Source of the DNA: Macrostomum lignano
Taxonomy: Eukaryota
Assembly (NCBI GenBank): GCA_002269645.1
Contig: NIVC01003900.1
Location: forward strand, 1 to 64,000
Reading direction: 5' to 3'
DNA length: 64,000 nt
Shown here: positions 37,601-48,510 of the stretch, in pieces
Position numbering within the stretch: the first letter of the stretch is position 1
Layout of the letters: every line of letters starts with the position of its first letter
Notes under the pieces: model-generated
Told to the model about the DNA's origin: nothing
What the model saw: the letters and a program-made list of their open reading frames with translations, nothing else
Database searches by the model: none
Made by a program: the position numbers and the translations under genes

Positions 37601-40600
37601 GAGGACCGCATTGTGAGAGCGGCAAATTCCTTCAAGCCTTTCAAAGCCCCAGGACCCGACGGCATTGTACCGGCCCTTCTAAGAGAGGCGGTTAAATGCC
37701 CAGGCTTCCTGCGCAAACTTTGCAGCCTTCTTCGGGCATGCATCACGCTTGGTTATGTCCCGCAGGCATGGACCGAGGCAAAGGTGATCTTTATCCCTAA
37801 GCCAGGCCGCCCGGACTACCATTCTATCAAATCCTTCAGACCGATCAGCTTGACCTCCTCCCTGGTCAAGCTGATGGAGAGACTGGTGCTTTGGCGCCTT
37901 CTCTCTGTTGAGCTGAAGAACAAACCTCTCAGCGAGAACCAGCACGCTTTTCGGGCGGGTCGCTCCACTGAAAGCGCGCTGCACGTCCTGGTCGATAAAC
38001 TCGAGAAGGCCGTGCTTGGTAGTGGCTTTGCTCTGGGGATCTTCCTGGACATCATTGGCGCCTTCGATAACGTCCTCTTTGAGGCGTTCCGAAGAGCTCT
38101 TTGTGAGAGGCTAACGCACTCACATCTCACCAGATGGATCATGTACATGATCAGCCATCGCACGGCCACCGCCAGTCTGCTGGGCTACCAGAGGACGGTC
38201 CCCGTCTGCAAAGGTAGCCCGCAAGGTGGGGTGCTGTCTCCAGTTCTCTGGAATATGGTCATCGATGAGCTCCTCTGGGATGTTCGGCCTGACCCCATTC
38301 TGAAAGTTGGATATGCGGACGATGTCACCGCGGTGGCATCTGGTCCGTCCCCTGATACCCTCAGGGACCTTCTTCAGAACTTCATCTACGCTGCTGAGCA
38401 ATGGGCGGACCGCTGTGGTTTAAGGCTCTCTGAGACTAAGACCGCAGCGATCATGTTCACCAGCAGGACCAAGTGGCAGATTCGGCCGCTCACGCTTTAC
38501 GGAAGGGAAATCCCCTTCTGCAAGCAGACTAAATGTCTGGGTATTACCCTGGACCACAGGCTGAACTGGTCTCCCCACGTTCAAACAAAAGCCAAAAAGG
38601 CCTTCGCAGTCCTCGCGCAATTGCGCAGGGCCGTCGGCACCACCTGGGGGCTCACCCCAAGCGCCTCTGGTGGATCTACACTGCAATGGTTAGGCCCGCT
38701 ATCTCGTATGGCGGCCTGATCTGGGCTAGCGCCCTGCAGATAAAGACCTGTCTAGAGGCTCTCAGGAGAGCGCAAGGGCGCGCTTGTCGCACGATCATGA
38801 GCGCCCCTCCGTCTGCTCCTTACGATGGCCTCAACGCCTTCCTCAACATTCCTCCGCTGGACATCTTTGTCCGCAGGGAAGCGGCTAAGACTGCCCGCCG
38901 TCTAGCTGACGCTGGCATTCGAATCCAGCCCCATAGGGCCATGGCTAAGCGCAAGCTTCTGCCCCACGCTGACCTCTGCCTCAAGGAGTTGAGAGACAGC
39001 GGCGGGCTCCACGTCCTATCTGACGGCGAACCCCGCACTCTCAACCTCTTTCAGCGCTACAAGGTCACCATCCCCTCTAGGGATGCTGCCAATGACCACT
39101 GGAATTTCCAGGAGGTCCATTGCTACACGGACGGATCCATCAAAGACGGTCGCGCCGGCTTTGGGGTCTGCATCATCATCAACGGCCGCGTAATTGCCAC
39201 GCATGCCCAGCACACTGGTAGACTCTCCACAGTCTTCCAGAACGAAGTCCTTGCCATCAGCTCTTGCGCTGCAGAGCTAAACGCCAAGGTTACGAGAGGA
39301 AAGACTATTGTCATCCACTCCGACAGCCAAGCGGCCTTACAGGCCCTTTGCCACACCACAACGAACTCCCGGACAGTCGCCGACTGCGCCCGGCAGCTCA
39401 ACCTCCTGGCCAGAAGCAATACTGTCAGGCTGAAGTGGATCCCAGGGCACGCAGGGTTTCCGGGGAACGAGCTGGCAGACACCCTCGCCAAGAGGGGCGG
39501 CTCTGGCTCTTTTTTCGGCCCTGCCCCCTGGTCCCTATGCCCTTGACAGTCATCAATCGTCAGATCGACGACTGGGCTGACTCCCTCCACAGGGACAGAT
39601 GGGCGGGCACCCAAAACTGCCGGCAATCTCGTGCCGCGGTTCCTTGCCCGTCTCACAGGCTCAGAAACATCCTTCTGAACCAGAATCGGAAGGATATTCG
39701 AGCCCTTGTCATGACCCTTACCGGCCATGGCTACCTCGCCAGGCACTGCTTCCTCCGAGGCGACCTCGAGAGCGAAATTTGCCCCTTTTGCGAGTGCGAC
39801 AATGAAGATGCTCAGCACTTTGTCTGTCACTGCCCTTTCTTTAACAGAGACCGGCTACGCTACCTTGGGCCGAACCCGTCCATTGACGAGGTTTGCCAGC
39901 CCGACAGCATCCCACGGCTCATCCAGTTCCTTCGGGCGACTAGACGAGCCAGTTTCTTCCCAACGGAAGATCACGCTGCAGGACGGACCGGCGGACCACC
40001 CTGACCGGCCCCACGCCTCTGCCTGTCTGCGGGCCTTCAGGGGCTAGCGGAATGGGCGACCCTCGCCTCCCCGCTGTGTCTACGGACCACCCTGCAGCTA
40101 AGTCAAGTAAGTCAAGTGGGTCAAGATGGGGATATCTGAGAGTGGGTCAAGATGGGGATATCTGAGAGTAGGTCAAAATGGGGATATCTGAGAGTGGGTC
40201 AAGATGGGGATATCTGAGAGTAGGTAAAAATGGGGATATTTGAGAGTGGGTCAAGATGGGGATATCTGAGAGTGGGTCAAGATGGGGATATCTGAGAGTA
40301 GGTCAAAATGGGGATATCTGAGAGTGGGTCAAGATGGGGATATCTGAGAGTGGGTCAAGATGGGGATATCTGAGAGTAGGTCAAAATGGGGATATCTGAG
40401 AGTGGGTCAAGATGGGGATATCTGAGAGTAGGTAAAAATGGGGATATTTGAGAGTGGGTCAAGATGGGGATATCTGAAAGTGGGTCAAGATGGGGATATC
40501 TGAGAGTGGGTCAAGATGGGGATATCTGAGAGTGGGTCAAGACAAGATGGGAATATCTGAGAGTGGGTCAAGATGGGGATATCTGAGAGTGGGTCAAGAT

Positions 40601-42670
40601 GGGGATATCTGAGAGTGGGTCAAGACAAGATGGGAATATCTGAGAGTGGGTCAAGATGGGGATATCTGTGCGTGTGTTAAGATGGGGATATCTGAGAGTG
40701 GGTCAAAATAGGGATTTCTAAGAGGGGTCAAGATGGGACATTTAAGAGTGAGTCAACATGCTGATTTCTCTTTTATAGGTCAAAATGGGGATTTTTTGTG
40801 AGTGAGAGTTATTGAGAGTTTCTGACAGCAAACGAACTCACTTAGGCAGTATCTCAGTCCAAGAAGCGTGATATCGAACAATATTGCGATGATCTAATTG
40901 ACAAAGCGTGGCCACCTCTCGATGAACTCGATGCAGCTCAGTTAGATCAAGCCGTCGAAGGCGAATTTTCTTAATAGCATAGAGACCGCCATCGGTGAGG
41001 TTCTTCGCTCGATGGACGACACCGAAAGCGCCACTGCCCAATCGAGCTTTCTCTTCAAAGTTGCTCTGATACCAGTTAGGAGTGTTGTCCAGTCTGAATA
41101 AATTTTATGCAATAATTAACTACTATTAGTAATACACTGGCATAGGGAAGCAAGAACAGTAAAATTGTTAAGCCAATCTAGCGCCACAGACTCGAGACTC
41201 TCTAAGCGCCAATCTAGCGCCACAGACTAGACGCTAGACTAAAGCGCCAATCTAGCGCCACTGGTGAGACTCTAAGCGCCAATCTAGCGCCACTGGTGAG
41301 ACTCTAAGCGCCAATCTAGCGCCACAGACGAGACTCTAAGCGCCAATCTAGCGCCACTGGTGACACTTCAAGCGCCAATCTAGCGCCAAAGGTGACTATA
41401 AGCGCCAATCTAGCGCCATAGGTGACTATAAGCGCCAATCTAGCGCCATAGGTGACTATAAGCGCCAATCTAGCGCCATAGGTGACTATAAGCGCCAATC
41501 TAGCGCCATAGGTGACTATAAGCGCCAATCTAGCGCCATAGGTGACTATAAGCGCCAATCTAGCGCCATAGGTGACTATAAGCGCCAATCTAGCGCCATA
41601 GGTGACTATAAGCGCCAATCTAGCGCCATAGGTGACTATAAGCGCCAATCTAGCGCCATAGGTGACTATAAGCGCCAATCTAGCGCCATAGGTGACTATA
41701 AGCGCCAATCTAGCGCCATAGGTGAGACGCTAAGCGCAAATTTAGCGCCGTTTAGATCGTCAATAAAGTTTTTTTGATAAAAAATCGATAAGAAAATCAA
41801 CAAGAGGCTTACGAAAGTCTTCGAGGAACGTCATTGCAGTTGAGCTTCGGTATAACTATTGAGCACTGGGAAGACTGAAAAAGAAACAAAGAGATAAAAT
41901 TTAAGTATTAAGAAACAGTACCATTTTTTAATTTTCGTTGAAACAAAAAAATACGATACCACTACTTACCAACACCCCGACAGTAGTCTGTTCAAACAAT
42001 CGGGCAAACGCACTTTCAAAAAGCGGATTTACGGTTAGAAAATTTTTCATAGCCTTAGTCTTCCAGCGAAGTATGCCGTTAGCGCGTAGCATGCGAAATA
42101 CGGCTGAAATTGGGTTATTTGATGGAAAAATACTTGTAAAGTGCATTTCTCTTACTAACAGTAGGGCGTACAGTATTGGCACGCTTCTACCTGTTTGCAA
42201 TCCCTATTCTGCCAGTGCCATGACGTAACTTTTAGACAAAAACAGATGGATAGAACACAAGGTAACACTCACTCTGAAATTTGACATCAGCTTCATAGTC
42301 GTTACTGCTAGACAGTCGGCAAATATGCTTAATAGCCACAGAGCATAGCGTTAATAATCGATAATTATCCTGATCGATTTTGCCATCGCCTTGATGTCTA
42401 ATACTGACAGCTGATGTTGGATCCACTGAGGCGGAGCTGTCAGCGGAGCCAGGGGTGGCCAATGCAAAAGTGGCATTGTCATCTAGTGTACGACCGCTTG
42501 CTGATGACAGCAGAGTACCCGCTGGGCGCTCCAGTGGATCTTCAAATCAGTTAGGAGTGACAGCAAAATTATAACACAGTAATTTACAACTAATTACCAT
42601 AGTTACTATATAAAATATAAAATTTTAGGCAAGAACTTAACTACTCACCATCAAACTGCAGAATTGGCAT
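31624..42670 (-). CDS. EIF2AK1: eIF2alpha kinase, HRI/EIF2AK1-like, about 715 aa, 9 exons
   Basis: Exons 42670-42649, 42539-42273, 42103-41970, 41874-41813, 41093-40842, 34079-33789, 33710-33576, 33164-32769, 32212-31624 sum to 2148 nt (716 codons) with consistent phases. Motifs: LGSGAFG, YAIKKI, LDHRNIVRYHASW, Ser-rich kinase insert, LFIQMQLC, HRDLKCTNVF, IGDFGLA, GTASYQSPE, DMFSLGVILFEL, C-terminal coiled coil. The helical N-terminal domain (AIKHICRL) resembles HRI rather than PERK, GCN2 or PKR. Confidence 0.87.
32268..32610. repeat. 30/33-bp minisatellite (TTCCGATTCTATCCTTGATTCTATTTTTCT) in a kinase intron
   Basis: Directly visible. Confidence 0.9.
33268..33520. repeat. 28/31-bp minisatellite (GCAACTGAGGATCTGGGAAGCTGGCCAA) in a kinase intron
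   Basis: Directly visible. Confidence 0.9.
34085..34360. repeat. Left part of the 26-bp minisatellite (GAGAGTGGGTCAAGATGGGGATATCT) split by the LINE
   Basis: GTGGGTCAAGATGGG units, degenerate toward the exon. Confidence 0.9.
34833..36299 (+). CDS. LINE ORF1, 488 aa, DUF4780-like central domain, no CCHC knuckle
   Basis: Open ATG-TGA frame. GCIFIWCSSEESSRNLRELLPKLNW..RFRVWIP resembles ORF1 of R1/Loa-group elements (recalled, not searched). Confidence 0.8.
   Translation: MASSASLTPAEAGAPATPAGDSGTSAAPPGADGLAAGSAGDMPARATGPSAEARRTRNQRRNERRRRLRGTAGRPPAEGEPREGEAAVGPKGTTATPAPQDTTPAGVPPSIPATSAAGPSGTAATNYASKVKLQPAVIVFGEEQDLTADELDSAWRTIDAALIDQLLAGRPVSVVKSAKTDGCIFIWCSSEESSRNLRELLPKLNWPKKLGKLVFASEGERQKTQRFRVWIPAGSAIKSGDQLRQILLKLHPDLKVNGLLHHATSRKEKGATVILGLSDDWAKRLPPKSTIHIGLTQLTILRCEERKADEAKNAKASETGTGAQAPPAKKPRQTADPMPGKAVRAAETGNRNRRPARSTRRSGLIQRALDQAKNLRAHRERARASRAPPQQPEGQTLSGEAPTDWFESVTHQEAGATRIDLTDEAEGTGSDSTEARRRGDGNVHAGLTSAEDSTATLTAEDAETPMEVCGSPTTEKEEDDLLNDSPTA
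36302..40004 (+). CDS. LINE ORF2 (AP endonuclease, reverse transcriptase, RNase H, C-terminal CCHC), about 1234 aa after repairing two -1 frameshifts
   Basis: Motifs QINLQH, GDINAHH, SDH; KAPGPDG, FRPISL, QHAFRAGRST, LDIIGAFD, QGGVLSP, YADD; YTDGS, SDSQAAL, WIPGHAGFPGNELAD; CPFC..EDAQHFVCHC. Frame breaks at C-runs 38655-38658 and 39524-39528. The ATG lies 2 nt after the ORF1 stop (TGATAATG). Confidence 0.92.
40115..40790. repeat. Right part of the 26-bp minisatellite
   Basis: Homogeneous GAGAGTGGGTCAAGATGGGGATATCT units. Confidence 0.95.
41172..41750. repeat. 30-bp minisatellite (AAGCGCCAATCTAGCGCCATAGGTGACTAT) in a kinase intron
   Basis: Directly visible; the 10-aa ORF periodicity matches. 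Confidence 0.96.
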
Positions 42671-45537
42671 ATTAGCCACTAATTGCCTTGTCATTTTGTT
42701 AGTGCCATTGTTAGACTTTATTGGTACTGTTGACTCGGCCTGAAAATAATCGATTTTCACTTTTGAAATTTGAAAATAGTGGCATACTGAAGTTAAATAT
42801 AAGTGTAGTAGGGGATTATAACAAAGTTATATTTTATTACAATAATAATTAACTTAATTTATTTTAACTATAGAACCAGGACCCACATCCCACGAGTAAA
42901 AATAAATATTTGAAAATTCAAGTTAGATTAATAAATAATTAGTGTTTTAAAACAAATTTGCTAAAGTTGTATACTGCATACATTAGGGACACCTTTTCTG
43001 TAACAAAGATGGCCTTTGCTCTTGTTTTGCACCAAGAACTACTCAAGTAGAAGAGTATGAAACTATGCTTTTTGGAAAATTGCAAAGGCAGTTTTTTTTT
43101 TAAATTTAGTAATGCAGATAAGAATTTTTTCAGTTTGTAATTGTTATTGCTTTCATTAGGAGGTAGATCCAATTCTTGTCTTTTGATATGTTTTTTCTTT
43201 CTTATACATATAGTTTTATCGATTTTTGTACAGCTATTTATTTAGAAAATTAGGACTTTGTTTTATTAAATATCTTACATATTAAATCTTACATATTTAT
43301 CAACATTGAAAAGTTGCCATCACAGAACAGAAGATTTAGTCTATGATTATGATTTTCACTTTTGAGAGTGCAGGTAAAGTCTCTCAACTTTTGCAAATGT
43401 GTTGTGATACAACTTAGCTATGCCATAGCAGGTTGAAGTTATGTGGTTAAATATAAATGTCAATGTCCTATATTTAAAAATAAAAAAATGCATGGCACAG
43501 CTTAATCCATTGGTTTTATAAATATATTTTACCCTCTCTGTTACATAATTTGGTACATTCAGCTAAAATGATCATATATTTCAGATTCATTAAATTTCAC
43601 ATTATTAAGATATTTTTAAGGTTTTTAGGTATAGTGTATAGGACATACATAATTATACATAGAAAAAATAACATAGAAACCCTAATTTTTTAAACAAAAG
43701 CTTGATAAACATAAATAAAGCTATAAGAAAAACTAAAATAAAAAATATGAACATTAGGTCTACTTCCTATCAAAAGCAATAACAAATTTTTATAGTGAAA
43801 AACAAAGCACTTATTAGGCACTTAGGTAAATGTGAAAATATTTGTAGTGTTATAATTTCTTGTTATGCTCGTAGACTTATATTTTTGTTTTTTTTGTTTG
43901 CTTCTTTGATCAAATTGACATTGTCATAAATTTTAAAAATGAAGTTTTCATTAACTCATAAAACTTGATGCAAAAATCTTTATGGTAGTAGGCACTTCAG
44001 TGAGAAAATTAAATTTCAGAAATTGTTATAGGCTGCTATTTCACTAGATAGATCTTACTTTCCCATTTCCAAAATGGCCAAACTTTAGTGATTTGGTTGA
44101 GTAATAAGGAAACTACAGCTATTTTAGTAACCCCGATTTGTGCCTTTAGCCAATGGAATTTTTACATTACGGTTTGTGATCATTTTTGGCCAAAAAGTTG
44201 GCTTTTTGTCTTTGAACACTTGTAATTAATTTTCTAGCCAACCAAAATGACTGTGCTTGGTGTCATTTTGTTCAGTTTTTTAGTGTTAATTGTATGAATT
44301 ATATATTTTAATATTATTTTATATGCCCAAGTTGCTAAGCTAATTGAAACAGGATGGGTGTATGAAATTTTGACTATTTTAACCAGATACGCAATGATTG
44401 CAATTTTAAAAATACAATAGCATCTGTTCTGCTTGCTTAATTTATACAAGGCTAGTGTCATTTTGTTCAGGTTTTTACCTACTATAATACTATTCTACTT
44501 CTTGCCCTAAATTTTTAATGCATGACAGACACCCCAACTGCAATGTAATGTGCTGTACAGGCTTTGCGCATGGGTTTATTAAAAAATGGTTTTGCCTATC
44601 GTGTTCAGCATAGCAGAATTAGTTAAATGACATAGAGAACTAGTTTGCCGGAAGGCAGAGTCTCACAAAAAACACGAAATACACGTTTCAATGGGTGTTT
44701 TACATGTAAACGTATCAAAAAAAGAAACCTCCACAAAATTTTTGCGCCTATAGCTATTGGCAAGCGGTTTTTTTACTGTGCTTGTATTGTCAATAGGTAA
44801 TGAAAAATATAAAGAGAAACAATGCAGGAAAAGGATTTCATGGAAAATTTTGGATTTGAAATTTTGCATAGAGCCATATGGGCATTAAAAGAAAAAAAAA
44901 TTTTTTTTTAACACCAGAAAAATGTTTCTAAATTATCCCTTTACACTATAAAACCTTTGTTTCCATTATAAGAAACACATTGCAGCTAAGAAAAAGCATT
45001 TTCTGAACCACTGTTTTTTTATTCATTTTGGCTTCAATTTTATATTCCTCCTAAAAAATGGTCAACTTTAAAAATAGACAGTGCAAAAAGTATAACAAAG
45101 CTAGACTTGCAGTTGGTGTCATTTGAAAGAGCTCCTTTTTACCTTTTAAATGCATATTTTACTTTCATCCTGGCTTCTATAGTTTCTTTAAAATCGCCCT
45201 TGAAAAATTGGACTTTTTTCTTACTTTTTTGCCATTGGCATGCACTTCTTATAACTCACTGAAGTCCCTAATGGTAGCCTGTTAATGTTAGTAAAAACTC
45301 TTAGTCTTAATGCTTATTAACACTTATTAACAGACTGGTGCCCAATACTATACATTAGATTGCTATTATAATATATTAAAACAATACTATGGTATAGATA
45401 GAGTTCTAAGAGTGTTGCAAAGAAGATTGTTAGAAAATTGGGAGCAATGATTTCATGCAAAAGGGAGTAGTAAGAGTAAGTGCTGTGACCCTCTAATCTC
45501 GGTAATGCCTAGACAAGAGGATTGTATATATAGTTAC

Positions 45538-45836
45538 CAACAACAACAACAACAAAATACACAACCCTGCATGCAAAGTTAGAGCAGGGCGCATCAGATG
45601 GCGCGCTGCAGAGCCTAGGAGCAAACAAAGTCAGCTCCATAGGCAGTGTTGGGCGCCCTAGCATTGCACAGCAGGCAGTCCACATATCGATGGGTTTGGG
45701 CCTGACCCTGCCTGAATGGACCCTGCAAGGTGAGCAGCAGTGACCTCTTGAACAGGTTGGGGGCAGTAGCCCTCAGCCTGGATCACATAACCCACCAGTT
45801 GAAGTCACCACTGGTGCAAAATGGTGGATGGGCGCT
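45538..45836 (-). pseudogene. Decayed 3' fragment of an RTE element related to the copy at 48467-51640
   Basis: Translates to RPSTILHQW*LQLVGYVIQAEGYCPQPVQ..LLLTLQGPFRQGQAQTHRYVDCLL..AI* versus RPSDLLRRRRLQLAGHLIRAESYCPQPVQEVLLLTLQAPYRRGQAQTRRYVDCLL in the young copy. It has the same TATTTTGTTGTT tail. Confidence 0.88.
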
Positions 45837-48510
45837 TAGTTACCAGTAAGACAATTTAGGCCAAATCTACTAAGAATGCTACCAGAATGCTACCAGAATA
45901 GTATTAAAAATAAAAAATTAGGACAATAGGATTTAGTACAACTTTAGTGGCTTTACAGTAAGATAGAAGTTACCCCTGACAACTTTGGTGGCATTAGTGG
46001 GATTTCTTATTGTGTAGGAACCAGTGCTACAACACTTATTATGAATTTTTATTGTAGTGCAAAGGCATTACATGCAATCAAGTCATTTAAAGTCTTGTGC
46101 GTTGGTCCATTTATCAAATTGCAGCCATTTGTTGTCTTGGTGTCTTTTTTCCTAATTGTTAAGTAGCATTTCCAGGGTTGCTAGAAGATTATCATTGATT
46201 CTAAATTGGAGTCTTGGTGGCCTCGAGCAAGTCTGGGGCCAGTTTTTTGTGCTAGGGCATGCCAACCCTGTCCAAGGCCAAGATGACAGAGGTGCAGTGC
46301 CTCCCCACCCAGCTGCTCGAGATGCTAAATGTGGCAGCCACCACTGGCAACTTGCGGAAAGACCCAGTCTGGACCCAGAAGGTTGTCCAAGCTACTATGG
46401 CAGTCTGCCAGCTGGCAGTTGAGACTGTCTGCCAGATAGTAACCACTTGCGCTGGCTGGATCCAGGGCACCCAGTGGCCAATAGCCAATGCCTTCTTGTG
46501 GCATGCCGGGGCATGCCTGGCACCTGATAGCCTGCCACTGGCCTTGCTACATGCAACCCTGCAGGCCTGCCAAGTGGGCTTTAGCTGTACTACCCACCAA
46601 CTGGCTAAGGCCCCCACAGCAACATGGCATAGCCTGCTGCTAGGACAAGCGCTGAGTAAGATACTAACCATAGTATTTAGGACTTTTTAATTTTTTTGTT
46701 GGCTTGCAGGGGATTTAGTAGGCAAGGCCTTTACTAGTCCCATAAAATGTGATTTTATTTTCCTCTTTGTGGATTTTACTCACCAAATTAACATTATACA
46801 TGCTGACATCATTTCTCTATGTGGAAATCCCCTTTTTTTCTTAGTGTATTTTGGGCTCCCACTCCTTATAACTTTTGTTTTATTGTGTAAGTAGCAGGGT
46901 ACACCCAGTATTTACTTGTCACCACCCAATGTACCTGATCATTTTCTATTGCACGTTATGCTCTTCTTACCACTAATTGCTCTAATTACAATTTTATTTC
47001 CCAAAAATTAGTTAAATTGCAATTTGCTTTTGTAAGTCACTTGTAATTAGTGCAATTCTAGTCAAATGTTTTATTTTCCACTTACAGTAGAATACTTAGA
47101 ATATTAAATTGTACAGATTATAACTTGATTATGAATTTTTATATATTATATATATAGTATATCAATATTTATCTATATCATAGAGTTGGTGTAGTGACTT
47201 GGCTTGTATTGTATGGGGTGCTGAGGGGGTTGCTGCGTACACTTTACCATTGTGCTCTTTAACTCTCCTTTGCTTGTTCTTTTGTGCATATGTGCACGTG
47301 ACTAATATGTCCATTTTGCAGTTCCAAAATTATTGATCAGTTAAAATACTATTTTGACAAATACATTTATAAATGATTTTATCATGCTATCACATAAGCA
47401 TCTCTCTGCCACACAAACTAAGTGAAGTTTTTACAGTTGGCCTATTGTATAGACTATAGATCAGATAGAGAGGTGGCATATAAGGCTGGCCCTATAAGAT
47501 TTCTGATTTCACCTCACCTATAAATGTAATTTAACTTAGTTAGCTATGGTAGCACACTTGCCTTAGGCATATTGCTTTGTGATAGTGTGATATATTTCAG
47601 TAAATATACTATATGTAACATACTTTTTTACATATAGGCCTACTAAATGCAAAAATGCAATCATAAATTGTTGCAATTGGCATAAATTAGTTTTGTTTTT
47701 TAAACTTGTTTGTTATTTTCTAATAGGCAAGCATGTATTTATATGCATAAGGAAAATCCATAAACCATGTATTCTATAAAACATAAATCAATGCAGTATA
47801 TTACTGTGATGAATTGAGATTGAGACAAAGTGATTGAATTGGCTTGAGCTGCAAGTTGTAGACAGCATTTCTAAACTGACGTGTTGGTCCTTTATATTGT
47901 ATTATAGAACTGAGTACATGTAGTTAGGACAAACGATGTACATTGCAAAGAAGTACTGTATGCATAAATAGAAATTGATCAGTTCAGTGCAGGGGGAGGG
48001 TCTACAATGGTAAGCTAAAATTGAGCAGCCAAGTGCACAAAGCAGTATAGTTCAAATTGGTATAAGACAACCAATTCATAATTACTTGTATATATTACTA
48101 GTAACAGCAAGAAAAAAAGAAAAATTACAATTTAATTGTCACAATTGTAATCTAATTATAATCTGCTTGTTGAGATTGCAATTTAAATATAATTTTTTTA
48201 TCAAGATTGACAATCAATTGCCATTGCCAATTAATTTGCAATAATTTCCTAGTTTGGTTAACTCAATTGTAATTAATGTTCAATTATCACAATTTTAGGC
48301 ATCTTTAGAATAAACAGCAAACAATGTATATTTATGATATCTAGTATATGTTTATTTGTTTTTTTTTAAATTGCTGTTTAATAATCTAGAAATCCCTTTA
48401 CCCTGTGCATAGCTGCTATTTAGTCAATCTGGCAATAGGACAAATCCAGCAACAAACAGTCCTTAACAACAAAACAACAAAATACGCTGTCATGATGGTA
48501 AAAGTCAGCG

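Larger units (their letters stand above)
34361..40114 (+). mobile_element. Full-length non-LTR retrotransposon, R1/Loa(Lian)-like, 5754 bp, antisense in a kinase intron
   Basis: 5'UTR, ORF1, ORF2 (APE-RT-RNase H-CCHC) and a 3' tail AAGTCAAGTAAGTCA. Flanked by AGTGGGTCAAGATG at 34347-34360 and 40115-40128, a TSD candidate that is also part of the array unit. Confidence 0.92.
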
